NCBI RefSeq assembly: GCF_963506605.1
Contig: NC_083280.1
Span: 85,560,001 to 85,624,000 of the forward strand
Direction: 5' to 3'
Source: Zootoca vivipara
Lineage: Eukaryota
DNA length: 64,000 bases
Under the pieces are notes generated by a model. The model ran no database searches. It was not told where the DNA came from and saw only the letters and a program-made list of their open reading frames with translations. The position numbers were made by a program, and so were the translations under genes. Each line of letters opens with the position of its first letter. Position 1 is the stretch's first letter. This document shows positions 13,250 to 25,319 of this stretch, piece by piece.

Positions 13250-14872
13250 TATCTGGCTACTTGGAGCAACAGGTTGCTCAGATTGACAAAGCAAGCTTGA
13301 CGTAAGTGGTATAAACAAACCAGCCATGGCCCCTCCTGCTGTTTGCTCGGATCACTTGCTTTGACTGGGCTGATGTGCAGTAGTAACCCTTGTTGTTATT
13401 TGCATGATGCTGCAGTGCAGCAAAGATCGGGCCAATAACTTCCTTTGCCTGAGAGCTGCCTCGATGGTGCAGAGGGTAAGCCGCCTCCTGCCAGAGTCCC
13501 CAGACAAATTACAGAAACTGTGTTGTAGGCCCCTCAACATGTAGACCAAATGAGCCGATGTTTGTTTTGAATTGTTGACTTTCCCCCAAAGCAAGAAAAA
13601 CAGTGTTTGCCAGTGCTCCAAATCTAGTGGTGTTTAGGTACCAACATATCCGTATTCTGTTGAACTGTATTATTAATTTGTTTGGATTCATGCTCCTAAA
13701 TATTTAACTTCTATCCATGGCCAGCTTTTAGCAGGTGATGATTTGTAAAGCAGAATGTGAGATGAGTTCCTAAAGCAAGCTGTTCAGACCTTTCCCACTT
13801 AATAGTTGAAAATCCAAATTTTGTGGGGAGCTGTAATACAATTTCAGGGTTAGAAGAGGGAGAATTTGAGCAAGTTCGGAATCCACCATTGACACAGAGC
13901 AGCAGCAGCAACACAAAACTGTGAGTCTCTTATTTTAACCCCTCACATCTTCATAGCCTCTAATTGCACATGCTGTGAGCTCTAGCGCAAGATCAAAGAA
14001 TAGAAAAGAGGTAGCCCTAATTCTTAATTGTATGCAGTGAAAATGATTTGGATAATCCATTTATAACCACTCTAGATAATGGAACACTGTAGTAGAGTCC
14101 ATTTAATGAACTGTTCAGGCAGACATGGCACTCAGAAAAGAGAACTTGTCAAAATGCTTTCTTAGCATCAAATGTCAGAGATGCTGAATCTGGCCTATAA
14201 GTCATACCATCAAAAGGATCATAGACTGGATTGAGAATGATGGATATGTCGCCTACAATACAGATTGAAGGGAAGGTGCTTAGGTTCCAAGGCCTCCTTG
14301 AATGGTGTTTTAGGTATGGGCACCTAGTGAATAAATGAAGCCCTTTATACAATTCTTGCTCTCAACCATCAGAGCTTGACTACCATTTTTTAGGCCCTTT
14401 AATTTTGATTTTTTTTCTTTAATTAAAAAAAATCTGCTGCTGTGGGAATGGCCGGAGAATGCCCACCCATGACTTGCTAAACCAGGAAGAGAAATCTTTT
14501 GAAGAAACTTACCTTGCCTTTCTGAGAATTTCGCCTTGGCAGAATTAATTGATTCTGAATGCATGGTTTGAGCATGGCTTTTTTTTCAGCCCGCAATAGT
14601 TTTAAAGCTAGTTCTGTGCTGAACCTGCAGCAAGAAGTTCCATAAAATTCTTCATTTCTGGTAGTTTTTTCTGCTTCTTTTTAAGAAAGCGGTGACATTT
14701 TTGGATTCGCTAATCTTTAAATCATTACGAGGTGGCTGAGAGATGTGGGTATTCTTGTTTTTAATTTTTTTTAAAAAAATAGCACACACACACCTTTGGT
14801 GCCTTTCAGGTCCCGTCCCCACCCCCGGCTAGCAGACCTCATGAAATGCACATGGAAAGATGTTCCATCAGG

Positions 14873-15030
14873 GCTCTTACTATATTGTTTTTCCCAATTT
14901 TATATTATCTGTAATTATTATATTATATTTTTAGCTCTATATTTCTTTTTATTGGTTGTAAAGCAAGTATGTCTCGTCGTGCCTATTTTCATGTGTATAT
15001 GAGCTTAAAGCTGGAATAAATTATGATGAT
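14873..15030 (+). mobile_element. 5'-truncated non-LTR retroelement 3' UTR with (GAT)n tail
   Basis: 14-bp TSD GATGTTCCATCAGG (14859-72 / 15031-44); AATAAA followed by (ATG)n. Confidence 0.7.
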
Positions 15031-15044
15031 GATGTTCCATCAGG

Positions 15045-15395
15045 AATAATAATAATAATATAATAATAATTTATTATTTATACCCCTCCCATCTGTCTGG
15101 GTTTCCCCAGCCACTCTGGGCAGCTTCCAGCAGAAAAATAAAACACAGTAATCTATTAAACATTAAAAGCCTCCCTAAACAGGGCTGCCTTCAGATGTCT
15201 TCTAAAAGACTGGTAGTTGTTTTTCTCTTTGACATCTGATGGGAGGGCGTTCCACAGGGCAGGCGCCACCACCAAGAAGGCCCTCTGCCTAGTTCCCTGC
15301 AACTTGGCTTCTCGCAATGAGGGAACCGCCAGAAGGCCCTCGGTGCTGAACCTCAGTGTCCGGGCAGAACGATGGAGGTGGAGACGCTCCTTCAG
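15045..15395 (-). mobile_element. Young L2-clade LINE 3' end
   Basis: LKERL..HRSARTLR...RQRAFLVVAPALWNALPSDVK...FRRHLKAALF, the L2 ORF2 C-terminus; (AAT)n tail at 15045-15070. Confidence 0.88.
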
Positions 15396-16621
15396 TCCTT
15401 CCACAGGCATTCAAGGAAGTGTGTTGGCTGGTGGGCTTCCAGGAGATATGCTGGCTGGGGGAAGCAGTGGAATGGTACTCAGATTTTGGTGGTGGTTGTT
15501 GTTGTTGTAAAAAATAAAAGTAAATGCCCACACCTCTTGGCTACCTTGCACCATTAATTATGAAAACCTGAAATTTCACAGGAATTCTCTCCACCATCCC
15601 CCTCCTGAGTGATATCTTCTTTTTTTACCTCTCCCCCTGCAAATGATAGGAAAAATTCCCGAGTGAAATTATTGGACCCACTCTAGTTTAAACTAGCCAC
15701 AGTTCAGCCTTACTCTGATGAAAAATTGCAGTTAGCTAATACAGGGAAGCAAATACTTTCCCTTCCACCATGTCTACCTCTGAGGGGGGGAGAGGAAGGA
15801 TTAGCACAGGAGCTCAGAGCACGACTGTCGTTTAGTGCGACATCTAAAGGCGGCGATAGTCGTAGCATTCACCACATTTCCCCTTCCAGGGCAACGGTGG
15901 GAAAAATATAATTTGGAGTAAAACAGTGCAAAGCTGAGATGGTAGAAAGAAATCTGCCTTCATCATCTCTGACGTTGAAACTTGCTGTGATTGGCTCTTT
16001 GCAGCCTGAGGGTAGTAATGCAGAGTCAACGGTTCTTGATAAGTGTGATGTTATGGAGCCCTTTGTGAGGGAAAACTTTTTTAAAAAGCTTCTACTGTTC
16101 GTGAAATATCATTGCAGGTGGGTGGGTGGGTTGTCAGCACTAGCATTTGTAGCTGGTGTTAGCAGTGTATGAAATTTTAGGCTTGCATGGATGGCGGTGG
16201 CCTTTTGTGTGGACGTTGTGTATGTGGGAGGGTCCTTTCAAGCAGGAAATGTTCAGTGGCAGTAACTGTGGTCTGGGTGCTGCTCTAAGAAGAACCGGGA
16301 CCCCTTTTGTGTGCTTGCCTGTTAAATGCCAGAGCTGGGTAATAATAGCACATACAATGCATGGTGATCCCATTTGCTGAGCCTCACATGCTTATTTGAT
16401 TAAGGATATTGATTCCAGAAGATTCTATGCCTGCGCCGAGGCTTCGCAACCTCCAGCAGTTTCTGCCTACAATTTCATGGTTGGATTGATCTGTGAGATA
16501 GGAACAGTACTGCCCTTTGAGACAAGAAAGGATTTTTTGAGCCTAGGGCTGGTCACAGTCCATTTTGAGAACCCAAATTCAAGTGGCATTTTTGTAGCCT
16601 TATATATACATGTGTGTGTGT

Positions 16622-16659
<38 letters not shown>

Positions 16660-16768
16660 GCTTAACTTGCAGATTTCATTGGCATCTCTCCCTCCCTCTC
16701 TGTTTCTCTTTGCTTGTAAGATGCAATATGGTGGCAAGACTGACACCACGGAAAAGGCTAGAGACACA

Positions 16769-17347
16769 ACGTATATTTTTCGCTCCCTAAGACGCACCTG
16801 ACCATAAGATGCACTTAGTTTTCAGAGGAGGAAAGGGGGAAAGCCCCGTTTTTTTGGGGGATCAGCTCACAGTTGTGCAGCTTCTTTTGCAAAGAGCAAA
16901 AGCCCCGTTTTTTAAAGGATCGGCTCAAAGTTGTTGAGTTTACTTTGCAAAGGGAAAAAATCCTGTTCAGCTCACAGTTCTGCAGCTTCTGATAATCTAA
17001 TCAGCCAGATAATCCAATCAGCCAGTCACATGTTGCTGGGGAAACAAACAGCCTCCCTCTGCAGTACATTCAACAATGGAGGCCTGGGCAAGGGGACGGG
17101 GCAGGGAAGGGAGCTAGCTTCCCTTATCTCCCTCCCCTATCTCTTGCAATCAACTGCTGAGCGGCTTCCTTTCAACATCCCTCTTTCCCTCTTGTTAGCC
17201 TTTAGCTCTTTCTAAAAAAAAAAAAGCATGATCTGCCTTTTGCCCCTGGGCAATTCAGGGACCACACATTCACTCCATAAGACGCACAGACATTTGCCCT
17301 TACTTTTTAGGTTGAAAAAAGTGTGTCTTGTGGAGCAAAAAATACGG
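16769..17347. mobile_element. Tc1/mariner (Tc2/pogo-type) non-autonomous element
   Basis: TIR-like ends CGTATATTTTTCGCTCCCTAAGACGCAC ... GTGTGTCTTGTGGAGCAAAAAATACGG followed by TA. Confidence 0.78.
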
Positions 17348-17917
17348 TACTTGATAGACTGCCAATACAATTTTCTGCAAGAAGGTCTTGGTTGTAAACT
17401 TGTTAACCCTGTGAAATCTTAACTTGATGCTCCATACAGGGGAAAACCCTCATTTCATTGCATTTTAGAGCCCCTCATGTACACTATCTCACCCTTACAA
17501 TAACCACAGTCATCCCCACATTGCAGGTGTTGTTGGCCTGAGGCTGAGAGTGTTATTTAGGGAGGTCATGGCAGAGGTGAGATTTTAAACTACTTTTGTA
17601 GCACAGGCTTCTTGCAATGCCACCGCGTTAGCTGCTACGGCCACTACCTTTTATCATTAACATTTTGAATAGAGAACTTGCCATCACTAAATTGTGAAAG
17701 TAGTTGGCAGGACCACCTGTCATCTTTATAATGGTGGTGGGGAGCTAATTGCTTGTAGCTTCCTTGGGAGAAATAACAATCTGGGATACTTTGGGGCATA
17801 TTCAGGCTCCCCACCCCTGCCATGAAGTCTCGAGTTCACAGGGAGCTTAGTTAGCTGCAAAGGGAAAGTGTTTTTTGTTTCCTTTGCTTCAACTCTTAAG
17901 GTGAACCTAAAGCAGTA

Positions 17918-18924
17918 AAACCTTCTCTAAAGCTTATCGCCGCTGCCTCAACTGGGAAGTCGAGGAGGAGGAAGTTACACCAGCCATGATAAAGTGGTCT
18001 CAAGACTTTGTGTATGCTATAACAATGTCCCAATGGGAACACGTGTGGAAGAAGAGTTGGAAATTTACTACATGCTATGCCATAAAGGAAAACTTGTTAA
18101 AAATGCAACACCGGTGGTATTTAACTCCATGGAAATTAGCCAAAATGTACAAAGGAGCCAAAAGTAATTGTTGGAGATGTGGGGACCGAACAGGCTCACT
18201 GTACCATATATGGTCGCAATGTAGCAAAATAAAGAAATTTTGGGAGGAAATCCACTTTGAACTAGAAAAAATGTTAAGAATCTCATTTATTAGGAAAGCA
18301 GAGGCATATCTGTTGGGCATTACTGATTCAGATATTCCTTAAAAAATTAAAGATCTTTTTTTGTATGCAACAGTGGCAGCGAGGGTTCTTATAGCTACAA
18401 GGTGGAAGAGCGACATAATTCCTTCTAGACAAGAGTGGATACAAAAATTGACTGAATATGCTGAATTAGATAGTCTAGATAGACTCTATCTGGAAAAATA
18501 AACCGAGAATTGAAATTGTATCAAAATGGGAGGCCTTCAGAACATATCTTAAACAAAATGATACCATGTTAAAATCTGTAGCAGCTTTTGAGTGATCCCA
18601 GCAGTTTTTATTAATTGCTTATATAAATATAAACATTTAAAAATTGTGAAAATATTAATATAAAAATGGCATTTTGATATGGCAGTAAAGTTATGTAAAA
18701 AGAATTGCGGAATAAATGGGAGGTTGGGTATAAAAGATAATGAGATTTTCATTTTTATTGTAACATGAAATTGCAATCACAAATTTATGTCATAATTTTT
18801 ATCTTATTAACAGAGTGTGTAAATTCTATTTTCTTTACTTTTCCCTCCCCTCTTAAGTTGTACCCTTTTCGGTGTTGTTGTTTTTGTATGTAATAAGTAT
18901 GGAAATAAGCATGAAAAAAAGAAA
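17918..18924 (+). mobile_element. 5'-truncated L1-clade LINE (ORF2 C-terminal CCHC domain plus 3' UTR)
   Basis: RWYLTP.KLAKMY....NCWRC....GSLYHIW..C.KI..FW motif; A-rich tail; 20-bp TSD AAGGTGAACC(T/A)AAA(G/A)CAGTA at 17898-917 / 18925-944. Confidence 0.92.
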
Positions 18925-19156
18925 AAGGTGAACCAAAAACAGTAGCAAACAATTGCAGATATAGTTGTATTTGTCCGCGAAGTCCACCCTTCACCATAGC
19001 TACAGCCTTGTCACAAAGGCCATGAAGCAATTATGCACCAACTTCCCTTCATTTTCTATTTTCCAAAAGATTCTCTGTGCTTGCTTCTGACCCTTATCTG
19101 TGGAACAACCCCAATGAACCATTTCTTAGCTTTGGAGCAAGCCACTTGCTCTATAT

Positions 19157-19292
19157 CAGTGTTTTCCAAACTTGGGGCTCCAGCTGTTTTTGGACTACAA
19201 CTCCCATCATCCCAAGCTACCAGCGCCAATGGTCAGGGATGATGGGAGCTGTAGTTCAAAAACAGCCGGAGGACTGAGTTTGGGAAACTCTG
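19157..19292. mobile_element. 136-bp palindromic hAT MITE
   Basis: TIR CAGWGTTTYCCAAACT; 8-bp TSD CTCTATAT on both sides; GGACTACAACTCCCATCATCCC core. Confidence 0.88.
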
Positions 19293-20433
19293 CTCTATAT
19301 GTTGGTAGTGTGGGGGCTTCTGGCATATTCAGTTGAGGAGTCTTGAGGAACACAAAGGAGATATTTTCACCGAAGAGCTGCTGTTAGATAGAACTTCATT
19401 CAAGGCGGTTCTTTATCCAAGGCTGTTGATATCTTTACTGATAACATGCAAGTTCTTTATTTACATTTACACTGATAGCGTCAATATACAGTTCATAAAT
19501 TTGGGAGTTATTGGAAGGAAGCAGTATGGTACTTGGAAGTGTGTCCAAGCGGATAAGGGCAATATTTATTATTACCATATTATTATTATTATTTATTTTA
19601 TACCTTCCTTTCCTTTGTAGAGCTCGGGGTGGCTCTGTTACAACTAAATGAGAACATGATTGAAGGCTGTTTGGGAAGGAGTGCAAAGGTAGCCATGCAA
19701 AGCACATAACAGCTGTCCCCCGAGCTGCATAATCTTAATTGGATTCCATGCTAGATCGCAGATTCTTTTGCATAGCCCCGTATGGAGGACTGCCAGAGAT
19801 GAACATCCTGGCTCATATCATAACCTTTTTCTCTGTTCTTTGGCACCCAGGTTTTTCCTCCTGTTTATTCTGTAGAAGTGGATGTTTGGTGCCTTGATAG
19901 TTGAAACTATAAACTTGTATCTTCCCCTGCTGCCTGCCGAGAACGCTTGTCTGCTTGTTTTAATCACTTGATTGTGTTACTCAAAAAGCTTCCATATGTA
20001 TTAGTCATACAGCCAAGTGAAGAATCACTTTTAATAATCTGATTCACCCACTTGCCTGGGGACTCAGTCCATCCCTTGTAGGGAGATTAGGCTCAAAGAT
20101 GATGGTCTCTTGAGTCCCAGAGATGATGGTCCGGTCAATCCCCAGAAAAGTACACAATGAATTCCTTTAAGATCCTGTTCATCCCACTTAAATAAGCAAA
20201 TAATGAACATGTATGTGTGTATATTGTCTGTATGCCAGATGGCTCTGTTTACATTTTACTTGACTACTTGCTCATAGAGAAGTACCGTGCCAAAAGAAAA
20301 GCAGGTTTTTCTCCACTTCCAACGGACCTATTTAAAACTACTTCAGCTTGAAACTATTTTACTGTTTGCTACATAGCTTTTTTTATGCAGTGTTACCCTT
20401 TTTTATTATTTGTTCTAATGCTTTTGAATTTTA

Positions 20434-20792
20434 AAAGGTAAAGGTACCAATGACCGTTAGGTCCAGTCGTGGACGACTCTGGGGTTGCATGCTCATCTCG
20501 CTCTATAGACAGAGGGAGCCAGCGTTTGTCCGGAGACAGCTTCCGGGTCATGTGGCCAGCATAACGAATCCGCTTTTGGCGAACCAGAGCAGCACACGGA
20601 AATGCCGTTTACCTTCCCGCCGGAGTAGTACCTATTTATCTACTTCCACTTGACGTGCTTTCGAACTGCTAGGTGGGCAGGAGCTGGGACCAAGCAATGG
20701 GTGCTCACCCCGTTGCTGGGATTCGAACCGCCGACCTTCTGATTGGCAAGCCCTAGGCTCTGTAGTTTAGACCACAGCACCACCCGCATCCC
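20434..20792 (-). mobile_element. Sauria SINE
   Basis: tRNA-derived head with B-box (GGTTCGAATCC on the minus strand), (ACCTTT)n tail, 15-bp TSD TGCTYTTGAATTTTA. Confidence 0.92.
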
Positions 20793-21147
20793 TGCTCTTG
20801 AATTTTAGCTCATTTTATTCCTTCTTGTAAGCCCGCTTGGCAACTGTTTTAGAGCAGCCTATAACTGCTGTTATTTGGGGGGGGGGCACAGAGCCATTCT
20901 GCAAACTGCCTCTTTTGGCTATAGCCCTCCATTGAATTTACTTGTGGGTGAATGGCCCCTCATGGGGGGGGGGATTCTCCCCATCCCCTGCTTTAGCTTG
21001 TGCTTCCTCTAGCTGCAAACTTGGTGGTGCTGGGGGGAGAGCAGGACCTTTCTGGGTTTGGGCAGCACCTCTACCACCCAAAGAAGTCCTAACCTTTCTC
21101 TCTGAAAGACAGAAGGGAAGGCTGGGTTTCTGTGTGTTGGTTGGGCA

Positions 21148-21293
21148 CAGGGCCGACTCTAGGTATAGTTCCGGTGGTGCAGGGTGCTAGGGCACTGGGC
21201 CGGCAGGCGGGGCACTGCGCGCTGCGAGGGGGGGCGCCGGAGCGATCTCCATGTCTCAGCGCCCGGGCGCCCGACCTGCTCGGGACTGCCCTG
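21148..21293. mobile_element. 146-bp GC-rich hAT MITE
   Basis: CAGGGC...GCCCTG termini; perfect 8-bp TSD GTTGGGCA (21140-47 / 21294-301). Confidence 0.85.
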
Positions 21294-21477
21294 GTTGGGC
21301 ATTAGAGAACCTGCACGGACAGCGAGACTCAACAGCTTTTGGCAGGGATCTTCCTGGAGTTGGGTTGTGCTTAGGAACCTTCTGAAGCTCACTGCAGCTG
21401 AGGTGGGTGTCTCTATCCCTCCCCAACCTCAAGCAGGGGAGGGGGCATTTGCCTAGGAGTGTGACATTCTTCCTGTA

Positions 21478-21656
21478 TTGGAAAGTTTTTAATGTTGTTG
21501 TTTTATTATGTTTTTAAATGTGTTGGAAGCTGCCCAGAGTGGTTTGGGCAACCCATCTAGATGGTCGGGGTATTCCTCTCCTCCTCCTCCTCCTCCTCCT
21601 CCTCCTCCTCCTCCTCCTCCTCCTCCTCCTCCTCCTCCTCCTCCTCCTCCTCCTCC
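21478..21656 (+). mobile_element. L2-clade 3' end with (CCT)n microsatellite at the tail
   Basis: GGAAGCTGCCCAGAGTGG...GATGG.CGGGGTA, as in the other L2 3' ends, followed by a long CCT repeat. Confidence 0.8.
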
Positions 21657-21954
21657 TTTCCAAGCAGGAGAATAAGAGGATGGAGTTGCTGGTGCTGCCC
21701 TCACCAGAGGGCTAAAGATCATTCACTACTGAGGATGGGGACATTAGTAGAATAAAGGAAGGTTGTGTATGTGAACCATATCAAAATAGCTAGCCTGCAT
21801 ATACTCTGCATTTGTCTCTCTTTTTTAATTAAAAAAAAAGACCTCCGTGCACTAAGGAAAGGTGAAATACTGCCACCTGTGGAGATTATACAGATTAAGC
21901 AAGTTTTCCTAAATTGCTGTGTCAGCTAGTCTCAGGGAGGGGCACTGAATCACA

Positions 21955-21988
<34 letters not shown>

Positions 21989-22941
21989 CCCCGCCCCGGC
22001 CACCGCCCTTTTCCTAGAACTGACCACCGGAAATCCTGTTCAGTTAAATTCTGTGCCCAGTACCAGTATGTACACTTGTGCAATGCCACTGGGAACTACA
22101 TGCTCTGGGAATAGTAGCTCATTTTTTTAAAAAATCTAGTAGTATAGTATATCCTCTTATGTGTTTTACCTGTGAGATCCCGGGATTTGATTTCGGAGAA
22201 TGCCTCTGTTCTGTACTCTCCAAGAACCCTATACAGCTTTTATGTACCCTGTGAGCTTCTTTCCAATATAAAGGTACAGTAGTAGCAGAAGGGGCAGAGG
22301 CTAGATTTCCCCCTCCCCACAGCACAGAAGCAAGCGTGTGGAGCGGCTCTATTTTGATTTTTCTTCCTGTCTTTAGGGAGATGTTCCCTATGTGCCTCGC
22401 AGCATTAGCCTCTGGCAGGGAATAGGTTTGTGTTTGATCCCTGATAGTGTCGCCACCCACACGGTGAGTCACTGGTAATGCCTTAGCTCTTATTTTTAGT
22501 CCTGTTGCTGCCATCCGTCTGTAACCATTAGCCAGTAAGAGACGTAAGCATTGCGATAAACATGTTAATCTCTCTCTGCCTCCCCCCCCCAGTTACTTTT
22601 ATCTCCAGATGCAGTTTTTTCTGGGCTCTAATCACTGGCCTGGGCATCACAGCACAGAGTAATTTGGGGCATTCACAGCAAAGGTGCTGAAGCTCCTCCA
22701 AGTCCAATAGTGGCATTAATAAAGGGAGAGTGATTTTTCACAGTTAGGCGTAAAGCATTTTCAGACTAGCTTCCACCAAAATAGTACTTCCTGCTTGGAT
22801 CCTTGCTGCTTTTTTTTTTGATAAGTTGCCCGTGGAATTCCACAATTCTTGTCTTGTTTTCTAATGTAGATGATTTCTATAAATTTTCATTTAGGTTCTG
22901 ATACTGGTGGTTTCCTTAAATTGCTGGTTTTGTCCTTATAG

Positions 22942-23187
22942 CAGGGGTCAGCAAGGGGGCTGGTCCACTGTCCCTCAGACCATGTGGTGGGTCAGACTAT
23001 ATTTTGTGGGGGGGGGGAGGAATGAACGAATTCCTATGCCCCACAAATAACCCAGAGATGCATTTTAAATAAAAGGACACATTCTACTCATGTAAAAAAC
23101 CATGCTGGTTCCCAGACCGTCCATGGGCTGGGTTTAGAAGGCAATTGGGCTTGATCCTGCCCCTGGGCCTTAGTTTGCCTACCCATG
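22942..23187. mobile_element. hAT non-autonomous element (MER30-like layout)
   Basis: CAGGGGTCAGCAA ... TTGCCTACCCATG termini; TSD CCTTATAG / CCTTATAC. Confidence 0.82.
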
Positions 23188-23627
23188 CCTTATACTATTA
23201 CATTTTTTTTATGTGGGTTTTGTTTTTTTACCATTTGACGGTAGATGATGGGAAGGAAGGAATGTCTATAGAGTTCTGAATTACTAGCAATAATTTAGTT
23301 TCTATTAGTATTGATAAATTCAGTCATGTACACACTCATGCATGTGTAGATTACTGTAGGTAACAGGTGGGGTAAGTGAAATATATATACCCTCGTTCTT
23401 TTTGGCATACTGAAAGTGGGGGCACAGTGTGAGGGAGAAATAGAGAGATTGTGTCACTTCCTCAGACCATCTAAAAGTCCGCAACTGAAAATAGGCAGAC
23501 AACCTGTGCATGACAGGGTTGGGTTAAGGACCGAGTTTGCTAGCCTGACAGACAATGGCACAACCATCACTATCTGGGTTTTTATCCAAGCTAGGGCTGT
23601 GTTTCTTGTATTTAATTTAAGGGTATA

Positions 23628-23976
23628 AAGGTAAAGGTAAAGGGACCCCTGACCATTAGGTCCAGTCGTGAGCGACTCTGGGGTTGCGCGCTCATCTCGC
23701 ATTATTGGCCGAGGGAGCCGGCGTATAGCTTCCAGGTCATGTGGCCAGCATGACAAAGCCGCTTCTGGCAAACCAGAGCAGCACATGGAAATGCCGTTTA
23801 CCTTCCCGCTGTAGCGGTTCCTATTTATCTACTTGCATTTTGACGTGCTCTCGAACTGCTAGGTTGGCAGGAGCTGGGACCAAGCAACGGGAGCTCACTC
23901 CGTCACAGGGATTCGAACCGCCGACCTTCTGATCAGCAAGCCCTAGGCTCAGTGGTTTAACCCACAGAGCCACCTG
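23628..23976 (-). mobile_element. Sauria SINE (young)
   Basis: Highly similar to 20434-20792; (ACCTTT)n tail; short TSD GGGTATA. Confidence 0.92.
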
Positions 23977-24607
23977 GGGTATAGTAGGCATGAAAAACCT
24001 CCATTGTGCTTTATCGGATGATATTTGCACTGTGTTTTGTATATGTTTTTTTTAAAAATGCCACAAAGCAGGTATGGCGAAATGGAGAACTGCAACAAGG
24101 GGAACTCCAGATGCTATAGGCTGCAAGGTTTGTAAAAACGCAAGTCAATGAATGGCAGCAGCTCCAATCTGAACTGCTAGTGTGGAAGCAACCCAGGATG
24201 TGGCCACCACATCTAAAAGAGCAAAAAAGGAGACAAAACCACCACATGTGGCCGACATGTCTGCTCCCATCAAGACACCATCAAAGGTGTGGGGGCAAAG
24301 TCGCTTACCCTGCCATGCTCATGCGCAGAGGGAAGCCCTTTGTACCTCTCCAGAATGGCATCCAGTGAAATGTGGGCTTGTTTAAGCAGGTGCAAACAGG
24401 AACTGAGCAGGAAGAGCAAACACTATTTTATGCACTATGAGTTTTTGATGGGGTATTCACTGATGCTATTCATGTGCTGGTGGGCACACTGGCACCTGTG
24501 GGTGTCAGTTTGGCAGCCTCTGTTGAATGTGGGACCTTCTGTACCCATAGCATATACTCCACAAATGAGCTATTGCCTCTTCCAAGAATCACCCATCCCC
24601 AGAATGT

Positions 24608-24808
24608 GGCAGGTAAAATATCTCTGGGAAAAGTTCAGAGTGGTAAGTTCAGAGTGAAAAGTTCAGAAAAGGTAAGTTCAGAGTGAAAAGTTCAGAAAAG
24701 GTAAGTTCAGAGTGAAAAGTTCAGAGTGGTAAGTTCAGAGTGAAAAGTTCAGAGTGGTAAGTTCAGAGTGAAAAGTTCAGGCAGGTAAAATATCTCTGGG
24801 AAAAGTTC
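24608..24808. repeat. Minisatellite of ~10.5 x 14-15 bp AAGTTCAGAGTG(GT/AA) units bracketed by a 29-bp direct repeat
   Basis: Units span 24631-24780; GGCAGGTAAAATATCTCTGGGAAAAGTTC at 24608-36 and 24780-808. Confidence 0.92.
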
Positions 24809-25229
24809 TTACTACTGAATAGTCCTGTGTCTCCCTACGCACAAAGTTTAGGAGCAAATTTGTGGGCAGAGTTAAGGGACTGGTCACTGGATGGCAAGGC
24901 TTTATTGTGATATGATGTCCCCCGAGAAGAGTGGAATAGTTTACAGTGCTTTCAGACTATGTCCTGGTTCTTGAGAAGTACGGTATGTCTCCTTCCCCCT
25001 CCCCACCTTAATTTATTTGTTTATTCTTCTTTGATGGTGAACTTGATCTCCGTTGACTGTTTCTCTGTTGTCTGATTCCGTTCTTGTTGCTTTTAGGAGA
25101 TCTTTTTCAGTACTGCTAACTTGGTTGGTCCTAGAGGCCAGCCATCAATCAACAGCATTTAGTTAAAAGTGAAATATGAATGGAAGAGGGAAGGGTAGTC
25201 ATGTTAAATGATCATGGGTGTGCACTGTG

Positions 25230-25319
25230 CATAGCTGCCAAGTTATCCCTTTTTAAAAGGGATTTTCCCTTATGCTGAATAGGCTTCCTCGTGAGAAAAG
25301 GGAAAACTTGGCAGCTATG
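25230..25319. mobile_element. 90-bp hAT MITE
   Basis: TIR CATAGCTGCCAAGTT; perfect TSD GCACTGTG; near-identical copy at 55682-55771. Confidence 0.93.

Noticed and set aside
20690-20792. tRNA-like sequence with A/B boxes (also ~23900-23976)
   Set aside because: Head of a Sauria SINE, not a tRNA gene.
21489-21755. Poly-G/L/S ORFs
   Set aside because: Translations of the (CCT)n microsatellite.
24608-24808. Repeat array superficially like CRISPR
   Set aside because: No unique spacers, eukaryotic context, no cas genes; it is a minisatellite.
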